A stretch of DNA of 64,000 nucleotides from contig OZ076409.1 in the NCBI GenBank assembly GCA_964187785.1, positions 58,530,001 through 58,594,000 of the forward strand, written 5' to 3'. Origin of the DNA: Amphiscolops sp. MND2022 (lineage: Eukaryota). A program made the position numbers and the translations under genes. Positions 41,444 to 51,358 of the stretch are shown piece after piece. Position 1 is the stretch's first letter. Every line of letters starts with the position of its first letter. A model generated the notes under the pieces. That model was not told the origin of the DNA, did not search any database, and worked only from the letters and a program-made list of their open reading frames with translations.

Positions 41444-44400
41444 ATGTCGGACCGACAAGGACTTTCCCCAGAAGAGCAAAAACTTCAGTGCCAAGAGATC
41501 GTTAACACAGGTTGGTTTGAGTAATCATATTTTGAACTAATTAACGTGATCAAGGTTAACTTTGTTCATAAACTGCTTCCTGTTTTCATCAAAAGACACG
41601 TGATAACATGTCTATTTAAAATTTCAAACACTTCCGGAAGATTTCTAAAGCGGTCAAAATGGACTTTTTCCAAGGAAGCACACCGCCAAATTTCATTTCT
41701 TTCTGTTTAGTTGGCCAGAATGAAGATGAACCACAAACTTCTTCCAACACTGTTCCGGATCCCTCCGTTGCACTAATTCAAGTGGTTAGCCCGCCTTCTA
41801 ATGCTGATCCAGTTCGGCCCCCTGTTCCTTCTCCTCCACCTTTTCCGCCACTGGTTTCTACAACTTCCCGGATTCAAACTGGGGAAATGACTCCCCTTTA
41901 TAGTCCCGACAGTAACACAGATGTTACTTCTTATGCTGATGAGATGGTCCAACGGCTAGAGGATGCACAGGCTAGGCGCATAGCTGAAGCAGACGTCACA
42001 ATCGAAACAGCTTTCAATACGGCCCCCAACTCGCAAGTTCCGGAGAGTAATTTGAATCCCCTCCTCCCAAGGTCAAGCACTCCAACTCTTGATGCTGAAA
42101 CAGTTGGGCTGTCCGCTAGCCTGTCACAACTTGAGACTGCCTTTGGCGTTGTCATCGGTACACAGTCTGACTTGCCGGTTCTTGTTCCAGTTCCCTTACA
42201 AACAGAATTGCGGGAGCGAAGTGATGGGGATAACACGTCCTCCACTTGTGACTTTCCTGGGCTGCCAAAAGATAACCCAAAAGTCCACTTCTTGACGGAT
42301 GACCCTACTGAGAGTGAGAAGGCTAGTGACGACACAAGTCATGTAGAAGGACCAGCCCTTTACAGCTCTGTCCCTTTTGGATCTGAATCCGGAACTGAAG
42401 CCGGGGATGAGTCAGGACCAGGACATGACACTGTGGGACTTGGTATGCCTTCCAGCTCTCGGGGACCAGATGACCATCTTCCAGAATTAACCGGTCGAAG
42501 CCGAGCCATCTTGAAGACGTACTTTGCTGACACCAAGCCATTCAACCTACCGCTAGGACACCCCACTGTGGCTTTTACTGAGGCTCAGATGTATCATCTG
42601 CTACGGGTCCTGAGTGATGAAACTCTTCGAATGTCCTACTCTACCATGGAGAAGATGGTCGTCGATGCCGTCAGAGGCAAACCTACTGTTGCACCTTCTA
42701 AGACGTCTCACTTCCTCATCAGGAACAGAGCACAAACTCCAGGCAGATGGGATCAGAACGACCAGAGCTCTTCAGAAGCTGAGTACGACTCGAGCGCGGA
42801 CTCTAGGGCCTTAACTCCTACCAGTGCAGGAGATACAGGAGATTCTTCCTTCGAAGGGGAATCGGACAGTGCCACTGAAATGGCTCTGATTTCAGCTACC
42901 CTGGGGGGCGAATCCCAACTTGCTCAATCTTCGCAAGAAAAGGACAGATTCGTTGCCACATGTACCACAGGTGATGATGAGACCACGGGCCCCAGTAGTC
43001 AGGAAACTACTCTCCTAGAGCTCCAACAGCAAGCCCGAGGGACGAAGGCGAAAGGTTCTTCTGGGCGCAAACTCACCACTAAACCAAGAAGACTTGCCAG
43101 TCGAGGGGTCCCAATGCGGGAAGAATTTTTCGCCAAGATTGGGTGGACCCGATCTTTTATCTCTGGACCCGCTGATCCGGTACACAATCCACATATGGTT
43201 TGGTGCCATATGTGCAAAAAGAATTTTTCAATTCGGTCCAAGGGCGCTTTCGAAATCTTACGCCACCATCGTACAGAGAGACACCTGCGACGAGACCAAC
43301 GTTGGAGGTACGAACACCTCAAGAGTGTGGACCCAGCCAGTGGGAAGATACGGCATCGAGTCCGAGGTCGGAATGGGAAAGTGCTGACCGCAATCGAGCT
43401 AGCCAAGGAATTGCCGAAGTTCATTCACACTGAACTTGTAGACGTAGGAGAGAGATTTCCCTTCTACGACGACTTCATGCAAGGGCGACCTACTGCCTTA
43501 GTCACCTCTGAGTCGCGGGCAAAACTACAGCTGTCCATCATAGGAGACTTCCTACAGACCCAAGGCGACTTCTCGCTGCTGAAGAGTCTGTGGTCGAGAA
43601 TCAGTGCCCACACCGACTACCAGGCTAACTTGTGCGATTTCGATTGGTCAGAAGAGCGCATTACGGTAGGTTCTTTTCTGTAAGTTGACCAATCGCTTTC
43701 GCGTTATCGACTAGGTTACTAAATGTACTTGTCCATTTCAGGCCATCTTCCAACACTTCTTTAACTGCACTATGAACAACTTGGCAGAACAGATTACGGC
43801 TGAGCAGTGCTTTGCCATAGAGTTCGAGGACAGGGGCCCTAACAGGTACATGACAGTACGATACTGGGAAGGCCAAAATCTCCACCGGGTCCTCATCTGC
43901 AGGAGCCAACTACCAGCTACTGACCTGACCGGGGAACTGGGATCATTGTCCCGACTGTTGTCTGTTGTTTCCACCAAGGCTGACATAGTGGCGTGCTCCG
44001 GAAGCTCTGTCGATCTTCTTCGCACAATTGATTATTCTCCCCTCTTCTCCCGAGCTGTGCAGAGTTGTTTTCGGTTTGACCAGTTGAATCTACCCAAGAT
44101 GATGCATAAGACCAGTTACAGTGTCTTTGGCCACATAGATTTTTTCTCAGTCCTACGTGGTCTAGTTATCTCTCTTGGTGGAGCGCATTCTGAAGACTGG
44201 TACCAACGCAGCCCAGAGCTAGCCCAGGTAAATAACGTTCACCTTTCTAGTGTTGCAATCATAATCAATCAGGTGTTAACTGAGGGGGGGGGGAGGAGCG
44301 AATATCCTTAGTTGTTCGAGTTTAAGTTGCGATTTCCTTTCCCAGGCCATATCCAGCTGCAGATTGGAGCTCTCCACTTTACCGACCCTTTGCCAGGAAC

Positions 44401-45914
44401 TGATTGAGGAGTGGAAGCCGATAACGAGCTACTTGACGACGCACGTGCCACAGCAACAAGGTCAAGGAGTCCGTACTCGGGTAAGTAACCAGATCCTTAC
44501 AGCCTTTAAATATATGCTGATTAGGAGTTGCTTGAGGTATATAGGAGGATGAGTTCCCATTTCCGTTCAGTGTCTATTGTACTAATATAGGGTCTTATTA
44601 CAGGTGCAAAGTTTTGAGTGGGGGCTAATTTGTGACGAATTCATTCTTGTCAAGCTGGAACTCGTTTGCCGGATCGTCAGTGACTGTTAGTGTGCCTTTA
44701 TTATCTTTAGTCAGGTTTTCTGCTTTAAACTGTACCAATTCCTTTCCTTAGATAACACTAGCTTCATTGTCAACACTCATCATAGACGAGATGCTTCATT
44801 CTTCCTCTGTGGGGAGGTTTCCAAATTCGTCTACCAGCTGTGCTTCAGATGTTTCACTAGCGATTCGGTTCCTTTGCCAAGTGCCTGGTTTCTCCTCCTG
44901 GGATTCCAAGTGGGTGACGGAACCCTCATGACTGCTGGAGAATTTCTTGTCCGGCTCAATATGACCAACAAGGTTGCCTCTGCTTGCAAACGAAAGGCCG
45001 AAGGGGTCCATTCTGGAAAACGGTCGGATCGGGCCCTAGTCCAAAAAACAGCCGAGACCATCAAGACTGAGTTCGTCCAGGATGCCATGGCTTATCTAAA
45101 GTACCTAATTAGTGAAGTACTGCGACAAGCTGGGCTCAGTTCCAATATCATCAAGGGGCTGGCCGCATTCGACCCTCACATTATGGTCAAACGTCCCACG
45201 GAGGTGGCGCTCCGGCATTTCGACATCCTTTTTAGCACGTTTCAGCGCCGTTCTTGGATCAGTGCCTCAGTCGAAGCAGCCTGCAGAGATCAATATGTTG
45301 AACTAATTGACTACCTTCGCGCTAAGTACTCTGGTGGGCTCGAAGTTACGGAAGAGGCTAAGGACCTCATAGATTTCCTGATGAACCTTGATTTCCTGCA
45401 AACACGAGAGCATCTCCTCCACTTATTCAAGTTGTGCTGCCTTTGCATCACTACAGTGGGTCCTGAATTTCCAGTTGTAAACGTGGGCAGAGTTGATACT
45501 TCCGGACAACGGGGTCGCTTCATTGACGTCGTTCTCCCCATCCAGAGCTATTTGATCGGGGTTCCTGGCTCTGTAGCGAGGTGTGCGAGCGAGTCTAACC
45601 TCACCAATTTCTCCCTTCTTTCTGCCTCTTTTGGGTCATCTGCTTTTTCGCCTACTTATGACCCTTGGGAGACGGTTGATGTCTTTGGGCGGACGAAGAT
45701 ATACAAGTCGCTTCTATCCTCTTATCGTTCCGCAGTCTCAGAGCCTTCAGTTGGGTCTGCTCAAGTGGAAGCCAATGATACGTCTTCGGTCCTGGATGAT
45801 GCGGCATTGAAGGTGCCCAGTAGCAGTAAACGCAAACGGACTGAGAAGAGAGCTGCTCGATCCCGTTCCTCATCCGTCCTCAGCGAGTCTACGTCCAGTT
45901 CTTCTAATGTTTAA
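41444..45914 (+). CDS. antisense six-exon cargo gene, 1295 aa: disordered acidic/Ser-Pro N-terminus, BED-like zinc finger, degenerate hAT-transposase-like core, basic C-terminal NLS-like motif
   Basis: Exons 41444-41510, 41711-43665, 43742-44227, 44346-44480, 44604-44685 and 44752-45914 (3888 nt, one open frame). All five introns are GT-AG with pyrimidine tracts and matching phases (1,0,0,0,1). Zn finger: VWCHMCKKNFSIRSKGAFEILRHHRTERH. hAT-like blocks: CFAIEFEDRGPNRYMTVRYW, SCFRFDQLNL, LIEEWKPITSYL, LLHLFKLCCLCI. Confidence 0.85.
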
Positions 45915-46144
45915 GTGTACATATGTATTTATGTACAATTTGAAACTGTATTCTTTGTTGATTTTCTGATTCTGTATTTGTTTGTTATGATTTCATTTCT
46001 GTGCCCCTATATTATTCATTTGCTAAGGGGTCTGTTTTGTGTCCCATTATTTATTCAAAAAATTTGCTTCTATGGGACAAAAGAAAACGTTAAAGAAAAG
46101 AAAATAGGTTCGGGGCTTATTTCCTGACCTAAATTCAATCTTTC

Positions 46145-49100
46145 TTAGTATCTGAAGTCTTCTGAGTAGTTCGGATTAGGGTTAGGCCTGAGATTATATT
46201 TCCCTCCTCTAGGGCTCAGACTTTCATTTCTAGCATCGTTTTCGGATATTTCGGGCACGATAATATCATCCCCCCTTCTGGATGATTTTTGTGCATCGTT
46301 TTCATTCATTGGATTTCTTTCTGAAAAAATTTCATCCTTTTCCGGTCCATCTGCCGTATTCGGCAAAAAATTTTCTGGGTTTTTCGGGAAAACGGCCGGA
46401 TTCGGCCAATCAGATTTGTTATTTTCTGTCACTGCAGTAGCTTCATTTCTTTCAGTGACGTCATCATTCAATCGTTCATCTCGGCTGTGCGACGCACGAT
46501 CGGCAAGATTTGATTCGTCACTCGTGATTACATAATCCACTTCATTCTCGCTTGCGTCATTTGCATTCGCTTCTGCCGGACTTGGCTGTTCGTCATTCGT
46601 CAAGCTGGCTGGAATAGGCTCGCTGCCTCGTGTATCTAGCTGTTCGCCAAAGTTTGTTTCCCACGTTATTACATACAAGTCGTCTTGCGGAATGATTATT
46701 TCGTCATCCGGCTGTAGACGCTGTTCTCGGAAATTGTCCTCAAGTGGCTGATTTGGAACAAACTTTTTGAGACGAATTCGATGCAAGATCTGCGTTTTAT
46801 TTGTATTAAGCCTGCGGACGATGTAATTCTCATTAGGTAAGATCTTCTGGACTATAAATGGTCCAACCCAGCGATAATCCTTGAATGGAATTTTTGATCC
46901 TTGATGATCCGCTTTCGGCTGTAATACAAAACAGTAATCGCCCTCTTTGAGTGGGGCGGCTTTTGCTTTTCGGTCGTAATACTCCTTATATTTGATATAT
47001 GACTGCATGATGTTCTGCTTTGTTTTGTCAATAAGGAGTTTGGTCCGGTTCTGGATTTCTTCTGCGAATTCAGTAGTCGGATGGATTGGCTCATTTGGAT
47101 TCATTCCAAGTTTGTGATCCAAGATGTTGTATGGGATTCTCCCGTGGAACACTCTTGTGGGTTCGCATCCGATACTGGCATGATAACTAGTGTTATGGTT
47201 GAGAACTGCTAAAGGCAAATATTTATGCCATTGTCGGCGATATTCCCCACATGCCATTTTCAGGTTCATTTTCAATGAGGCATGAGTTCGCTCTAATTTT
47301 CCGATAGTTTGCGGGTGTTTCGTCGTTGCACATTTTAGGGTAATGCCTAAAATCTGTGTAATTTCCGCAATGATCGTGGAAGTAAAGGCAGTTCCTTTGT
47401 CCGTAATGAGCGTCGTCGGTAGGTAAGAATGTTTGGTCATAATATCAATGATTGCTTTAGCTACATTGATCGCTGATGCGTCCGTAAGAGGATAAGCAAA
47501 CAAGTATCGAGAGAAGACATCAATTGCAGTTAAAATATTTTCGTATCCTCCACTTGGGGGAAGATTCGGCAATAAGTCGATTTGCATGGCGTCTTCGGGT
47601 CCAAGGTCCCATTCCGGCAAGTTAAGTAGTTCAGGCGTGATTGTTGCGTTTGGGACTCGTTTGTCCTTTGCACATTGTTCACACCCTTCTACCCACCTTT
47701 TGACATATTTTGCCATGTTAGGGTAATAATACCTTTGTCTGATTTCCTGCAACATTTTTGAAATCCCGGGATGTTTATGCGCTGTCCCGTGAAGGGAGTG
47801 GAGCAATTCCCGAAGTAGGTGTTGCGGGAGCAAAATTTGATGGTATTTAACATTCCCTGTTTCATCAAAATATTGCCTTGTCAGGATTTCGTCCTTTAGT
47901 ACAATTCGTTCCAGATTATTTGCATAATGTCTATATCGGGCATCCTGTTGCAGTATGTTTTCTGAATAGTCTTCATGAAGGAGCTTTGCCTTCAATTGTT
48001 GCAATACTGCATCTTTGGACTGCTCGATGATTATCTGGTTTGTTTTCTTTAATCGGACTTGAATGTCTGGTTGTTGTTTGACCAGATTGGTTGACAGAGT
48101 TTCTATGGTAACAGTGTGCTCGTCAATTGCTGGATTTTTCCTGATTGCTTCTTTTCTTGCCCAAAACTGTTCTTCTGTTTCGTTGTCGTCATTCGTATAG
48201 AATATTTGTTCTTCCTGTGATACCCCCGCAGATTGAACATTTATCTCAATGGGTAAAGTTTGTACGTCCTCGCGGATTTTCATGACAAATTTATCCTTCG
48301 GATCTGCCTCCAATCGGGACAAATAGTCAGCTGCTGTGTTCTGTGCCCCCGGGATATGTGCTATGACAAAATTGAACTGAATTACATAATCACATGCATT
48401 CCACAGGGCTGGGGGTATTATTTTTGTTTGAAAAAATCTCGTCACAGCTTTGTTGTCCGTGAGAATAATGACCGGTTTGGGTGCACCCCAGAATATATGT
48501 CCAAATTCTTTGAATGCAAAATAAATTGCAAGAAACTCTTTGGCATATATCGACATCTTTATCTGGGCTGGGGTGAAGGTTTTAGAGCCATATGCCACCG
48601 GTGCATAGGATTTTCGAAGGGAAGTAAATTTCTGGTTCGGATCATCTTCTATCAGTACTGCGTATCCTGCTGCACCAAAACTTGCATTTGTCATTAATGC
48701 AATTTGCTTATTTGGGATGGGTTGTTGTAGGGCCAAGTCGCAACATTTGTCTAGTGCTTTATTGATTTCTTCGAATTGTTGGACTAATTCTTTCGATACT
48801 AGGACTTTTTCGTCACTTTTTAGCATCTTGTAGAATGGAGCAAGGCGTTCGGAGAGTCTTGGGATATAATTCCTGTAGTAGTTTAGGAATCCCAAATATC
48901 GTTGTAAAGCCTTTTTCGACTTCGTGAATTTGGTCTTTTCCAGAAAGTTTTGCACGTTCTGTTTCTGGGGTTTGACGCCTTGCGGGGTAATAGTCCTTCC
49001 GAGAAAATCAATTTCTTTGGCACCAAAGTGACATTTGTGCATTGTCAATTTAAGGCCTGCTTCCTGAATGCATTTGAATGTGGCTCTCAGGTTAGCTATG

Positions 49101-51358
49101 AGGTGGTCAGCGTCGTTTGCTGCAATGCCTATATCGTCCACGTACTGGGCACACTGATCCGCTTTGATGACTTTGTCGAGGTATTCTCTCATAAAACTCG
49201 AGAATGCGGATAGTGACCGGCTAAGGCCTTGTGCCAAACGTCTGTAGGCGAATGTGCGAATGGCAAAATTGAAAGCCAACATTTCTATTGAACGTTGGTC
49301 GGCCATTGGTAGGCAATGGTATGCCTGCGAACAGTCTAATTTACAGAATAGTTTTTTGCCTGCCAAGTGTTGGGCAGCATCAACCAAGGTGCTAACAGGG
49401 TGATTATTGTTTATATAATCATCCGAGATGAGGTTGTTGATTTTTCTCAAGTCAACCAAAAGTCGTAGTTTCCCGTTTGGTTTCTTTTGGGCGAATATTG
49501 GGCTTGCATACTTTGAGAACGGTAGAGTGGTGATGATGCCATATTTGTGTAACATGGCTAATTCGACTAGGATGTCCTCCTTCAAGTTGATAGGAGCTGG
49601 AAGACTTTGACTAAAGGCTGGGGAATCGTCTTTAGGTGTCAGTTTCACCTTGAAGTCCTCGTTCATGCCTATATCGAATCGGTGTCGTGCAAAGATGTCG
49701 TGGAATTCCACTAACAATTCTTCTATTTTCTCCTTCTCTTCAGGAGTAAGGGTGGAATCTTTCCAGTCAAAGTTTTCTAAGAATTTTGCACGCGATTCTG
49801 CGTCTGTGGTGGGGTCGAGTGTCTCCAGGTCCTGTAAGGCCTGTAACTCACAGTGGATTCGTTTTTGTATGGGTGTGTGTTCCTCAGGATTTCCAGGGTT
49901 TTCTGGAGTTGGGAACCAGTAATTTTCGGAGTTTTGTGGATTTCTATTGGTTTTGATGAGACTGCTGACATAATGGGCTGCTTGCTCTTGATCATTCTGC
50001 AAAAGGTGCCAGGTTGATGCCGGGTCTACCGGTTTGACGTATTTCATTTGTTCTGGCGTCATGACAGAGAAATTGGCAATATGTAATCCCTTTTTGAGTT
50101 TATAAGGATGGTCTGTGAAATTGTTCACTGGTATCAATATATTGCCATCATTCAGAGTGACCAAGGCTGGGCAGAATGTGATGTCGCCTTCTTCATGTAG
50201 AAGGTCGCTCGGTTGTAAAATTCCAGTGACAGCATTCTCAGGGTACAGTAGGGAATTGGTCCTGATTAGGACTCTGTCATTCGGCGGAATGGTTATTTCA
50301 GTAGGGTTGAGAATTGGTTCTAGCACGTTTGAGTATTTATGGTCAGCTGTTTTTAGCTGCATTGAAAAGAACGGGAAGTTCAGGATTCCTTGCCTCATGT
50401 CCAGGACTGTATGATTTCGCTGGAGGAACATTAGTCCTATGATTGGTCCTGTCAGATGTTCCATTACTATGAAGATTTCATGGAACTCAATGTCACCAAC
50501 TTCGAATTTGAGCTCTATGGTACTTTTAGGAGTTTCCAGTTGCCCATTAGCGACCATGATTTGGAAGTTCGGAGGTGGACCCTCTCGGATAACTGATTGT
50601 GGTGAAAGGAGTCTGATTTTCCGGAGGTCCATTTCGGGGATTGCACTGGATAAGGCACCAGTGTCGATAAGTCCATCAATGGTCAATTCCCCAAAGTCCA
50701 TAGGGAAATATAGCATGCGTTTCTTGCATTTCAAGTTTATGTTGGTAGACAGGGGTATACAGTCTGGTTCACCTTCTCTGGTAATAAGGATGTTTTGGAA
50801 CTGACTTTCGTCAAGTAGTGACTGTGGTATTGTTTCTTCTGGTTTGTCTGAGGTCTCGGTCCCTAAGTGGTTTGGGAACACCGGATGACTTGTACCATCG
50901 TTCATCTGCCATGTTTCAATCAATGCTCTGGTTTTCTTGTTATGGGTGATTGGTGGATTGTCGTAGACTGATCTGTTATAGAGTTCTATATCATCAATGA
51001 CGTATTGGAATTGTAACAAATCCTGGTTGTAAAGTTCGGTATCCCAATAGGGATCTCGTCCATAGTCAGGATCTATGTAGGTAGGGTTGTAGTTGTCTAC
51101 CAAGGGAATGGGCCTGAATCGGCTATTGAAAGCGGATGTGTAATCAGGGTCCCATACAGGAATTGGCTTTTGGAACAAATGGGTATTATTATAAGTAATA
51201 ATGGTAGCTTTTTCCATTTGTTGCTGCCAGACAACAGAAGGATAGCCCATCAATTGTTGATTGTATTGGTGAAAAGTTTGCGTTGGAGGGTCCGATCTGA
51301 TGTATTGTCGGACAGATATTAGTTGGTGGTATTGGAGTCGTGGCGAAGTTAGTTTTTT
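46145..51358 (-). CDS. pol: pol polyprotein of copy B (protease, dUTPase-like region, RT, RNase H, integrase with GPF motif and long acidic tail), translated by -1 frameshift from gag
   Basis: The 1702-aa ORF (46145-51253) is open upstream to the slippery site at 51352-51358. Motifs: LIDTGA; QYVDDIG; LMTNAS (RNase H Asp changed to Asn); HGTAHKH...CEQC; IDLL / TDKG / KLER; WVGPF. Confidence 0.96.
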   Translation of the reverse strand, partial: KKLTSPRLQYHQLISVRQYIRSDPPTQTFHQYNQQLMGYPSVVWQQQMEKATIITYNNTHLFQKPIPVWDPDYTSAFNSRFRPIPLVDNYNPTYIDPDYGRDPYWDTELYNQDLLQFQYVIDDIELYNRSVYDNPPITHNKKTRALIETWQMNDGTSHPVFPNHLGTETSDKPEETIPQSLLDESQFQNILITREGEPDCIPLSTNINLKCKKRMLYFPMDFGELTIDGLIDTGALSSAIPEMDLRKIRLLSPQSVIREGPPPNFQIMVANGQLETPKSTIELKFEVGDIEFHEIFIVMEHLTGPIIGLMFLQRNHTVLDMRQGILNFPFFSMQLKTADHKYSNVLEPILNPTEITIPPNDRVLIRTNSLLYPENAVTGILQPSDLLHEEGDITFCPALVTLNDGNILIPVNNFTDHPYKLKKGLHIANFSVMTPEQMKYVKPVDPASTWHLLQNDQEQAAHYVSSLIKTNRNPQNSENYWFPTPENPGNPEEHTPIQKRIHCELQALQDLETLDPTTDAESRAKFLENFDWKDSTLTPEEKEKIEELLVEFHDIFARHRFDIGMNEDFKVKLTPKDDSPAFSQSLPAPINLKEDILVELAMLHKYGIITTLPFSKYASPIFAQKKPNGKLRLLVDLRKINNLISDDYINNNHPVSTLVDAAQHLAGKKLFCKLDCSQAYHCLPMADQRSIEMLAFNFAIRTFAYRRLAQGLSRSLSAFSSFMREYLDKVIKADQCAQYVDDIGIAANDADHLIANLRATFKCIQEAGLKLTMHKCHFGAKEIDFLGRTITPQGVKPQKQNVQNFLEKTKFTKSKKALQRYLGFLNYYRNYIPRLSERLAPFYKMLKSDEKVLVSKELVQQFEEINKALDKCCDLALQQPIPNKQIALMTNASFGAAGYAVLIEDDPNQKFTSLRKSYAPVAYGSKTFTPAQIKMSIYAKEFLAIYFAFKEFGHIFWGAPKPVIILTDNKAVTRFFQTKIIPPALWNACDYVIQFNFVIAHIPGAQNTAADYLSRLEADPKDKFVMKIREDVQTLPIEINVQSAGVSQEEQIFYTNDDNETEEQFWARKEAIRKNPAIDEHTVTIETLSTNLVKQQPDIQVRLKKTNQIIIEQSKDAVLQQLKAKLLHEDYSENILQQDARYRHYANNLERIVLKDEILTRQYFDETGNVKYHQILLPQHLLRELLHSLHGTAHKHPGISKMLQEIRQRYYYPNMAKYVKRWVEGCEQCAKDKRVPNATITPELLNLPEWDLGPEDAMQIDLLPNLPPSGGYENILTAIDVFSRYLFAYPLTDASAINVAKAIIDIMTKHSYLPTTLITDKGTAFTSTIIAEITQILGITLKCATTKHPQTIGKLERTHASLKMNLKMACGEYRRQWHKYLPLAVLNHNTSYHASIGCEPTRVFHGRIPYNILDHKLGMNPNEPIHPTTEFAEEIQNRTKLLIDKTKQNIMQSYIKYKEYYDRKAKAAPLKEGDYCFVLQPKADHQGSKIPFKDYRWVGPFIVQKILPNENYIVRRLNTNKTQILHRIRLKKFVPNQPLEDNFREQRLQPDDEIIIPQDDLYVITWETNFGEQLDTRGSEPIPASLTNDEQPSPAEANANDASENEVDYVITSDESNLADRASHSRDERLNDDVTERNEATAVTENNKSDWPNPAVFPKNPENFLPNTADGPEKDEIFSERNPMNENDAQKSSRRGDDIIVPEISENDARNESLSPRGGKYNLRPNPNPNYSEDFRY

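Noticed and set aside
41659..41710. ORF-track start MDFFQGS for the 674-aa ORF
   Set aside because: This stretch ends in a pyrimidine tract plus TAG acceptor. A phase-matched upstream exon (41444-41510, AG|GTTGGT) fits better.
44282..44298. G-rich purine run as the missing PPT
   Set aside because: It is on the strand opposite the genomic RNA, inside intron 3 of the cargo gene and 4.4 kb from the LTR.
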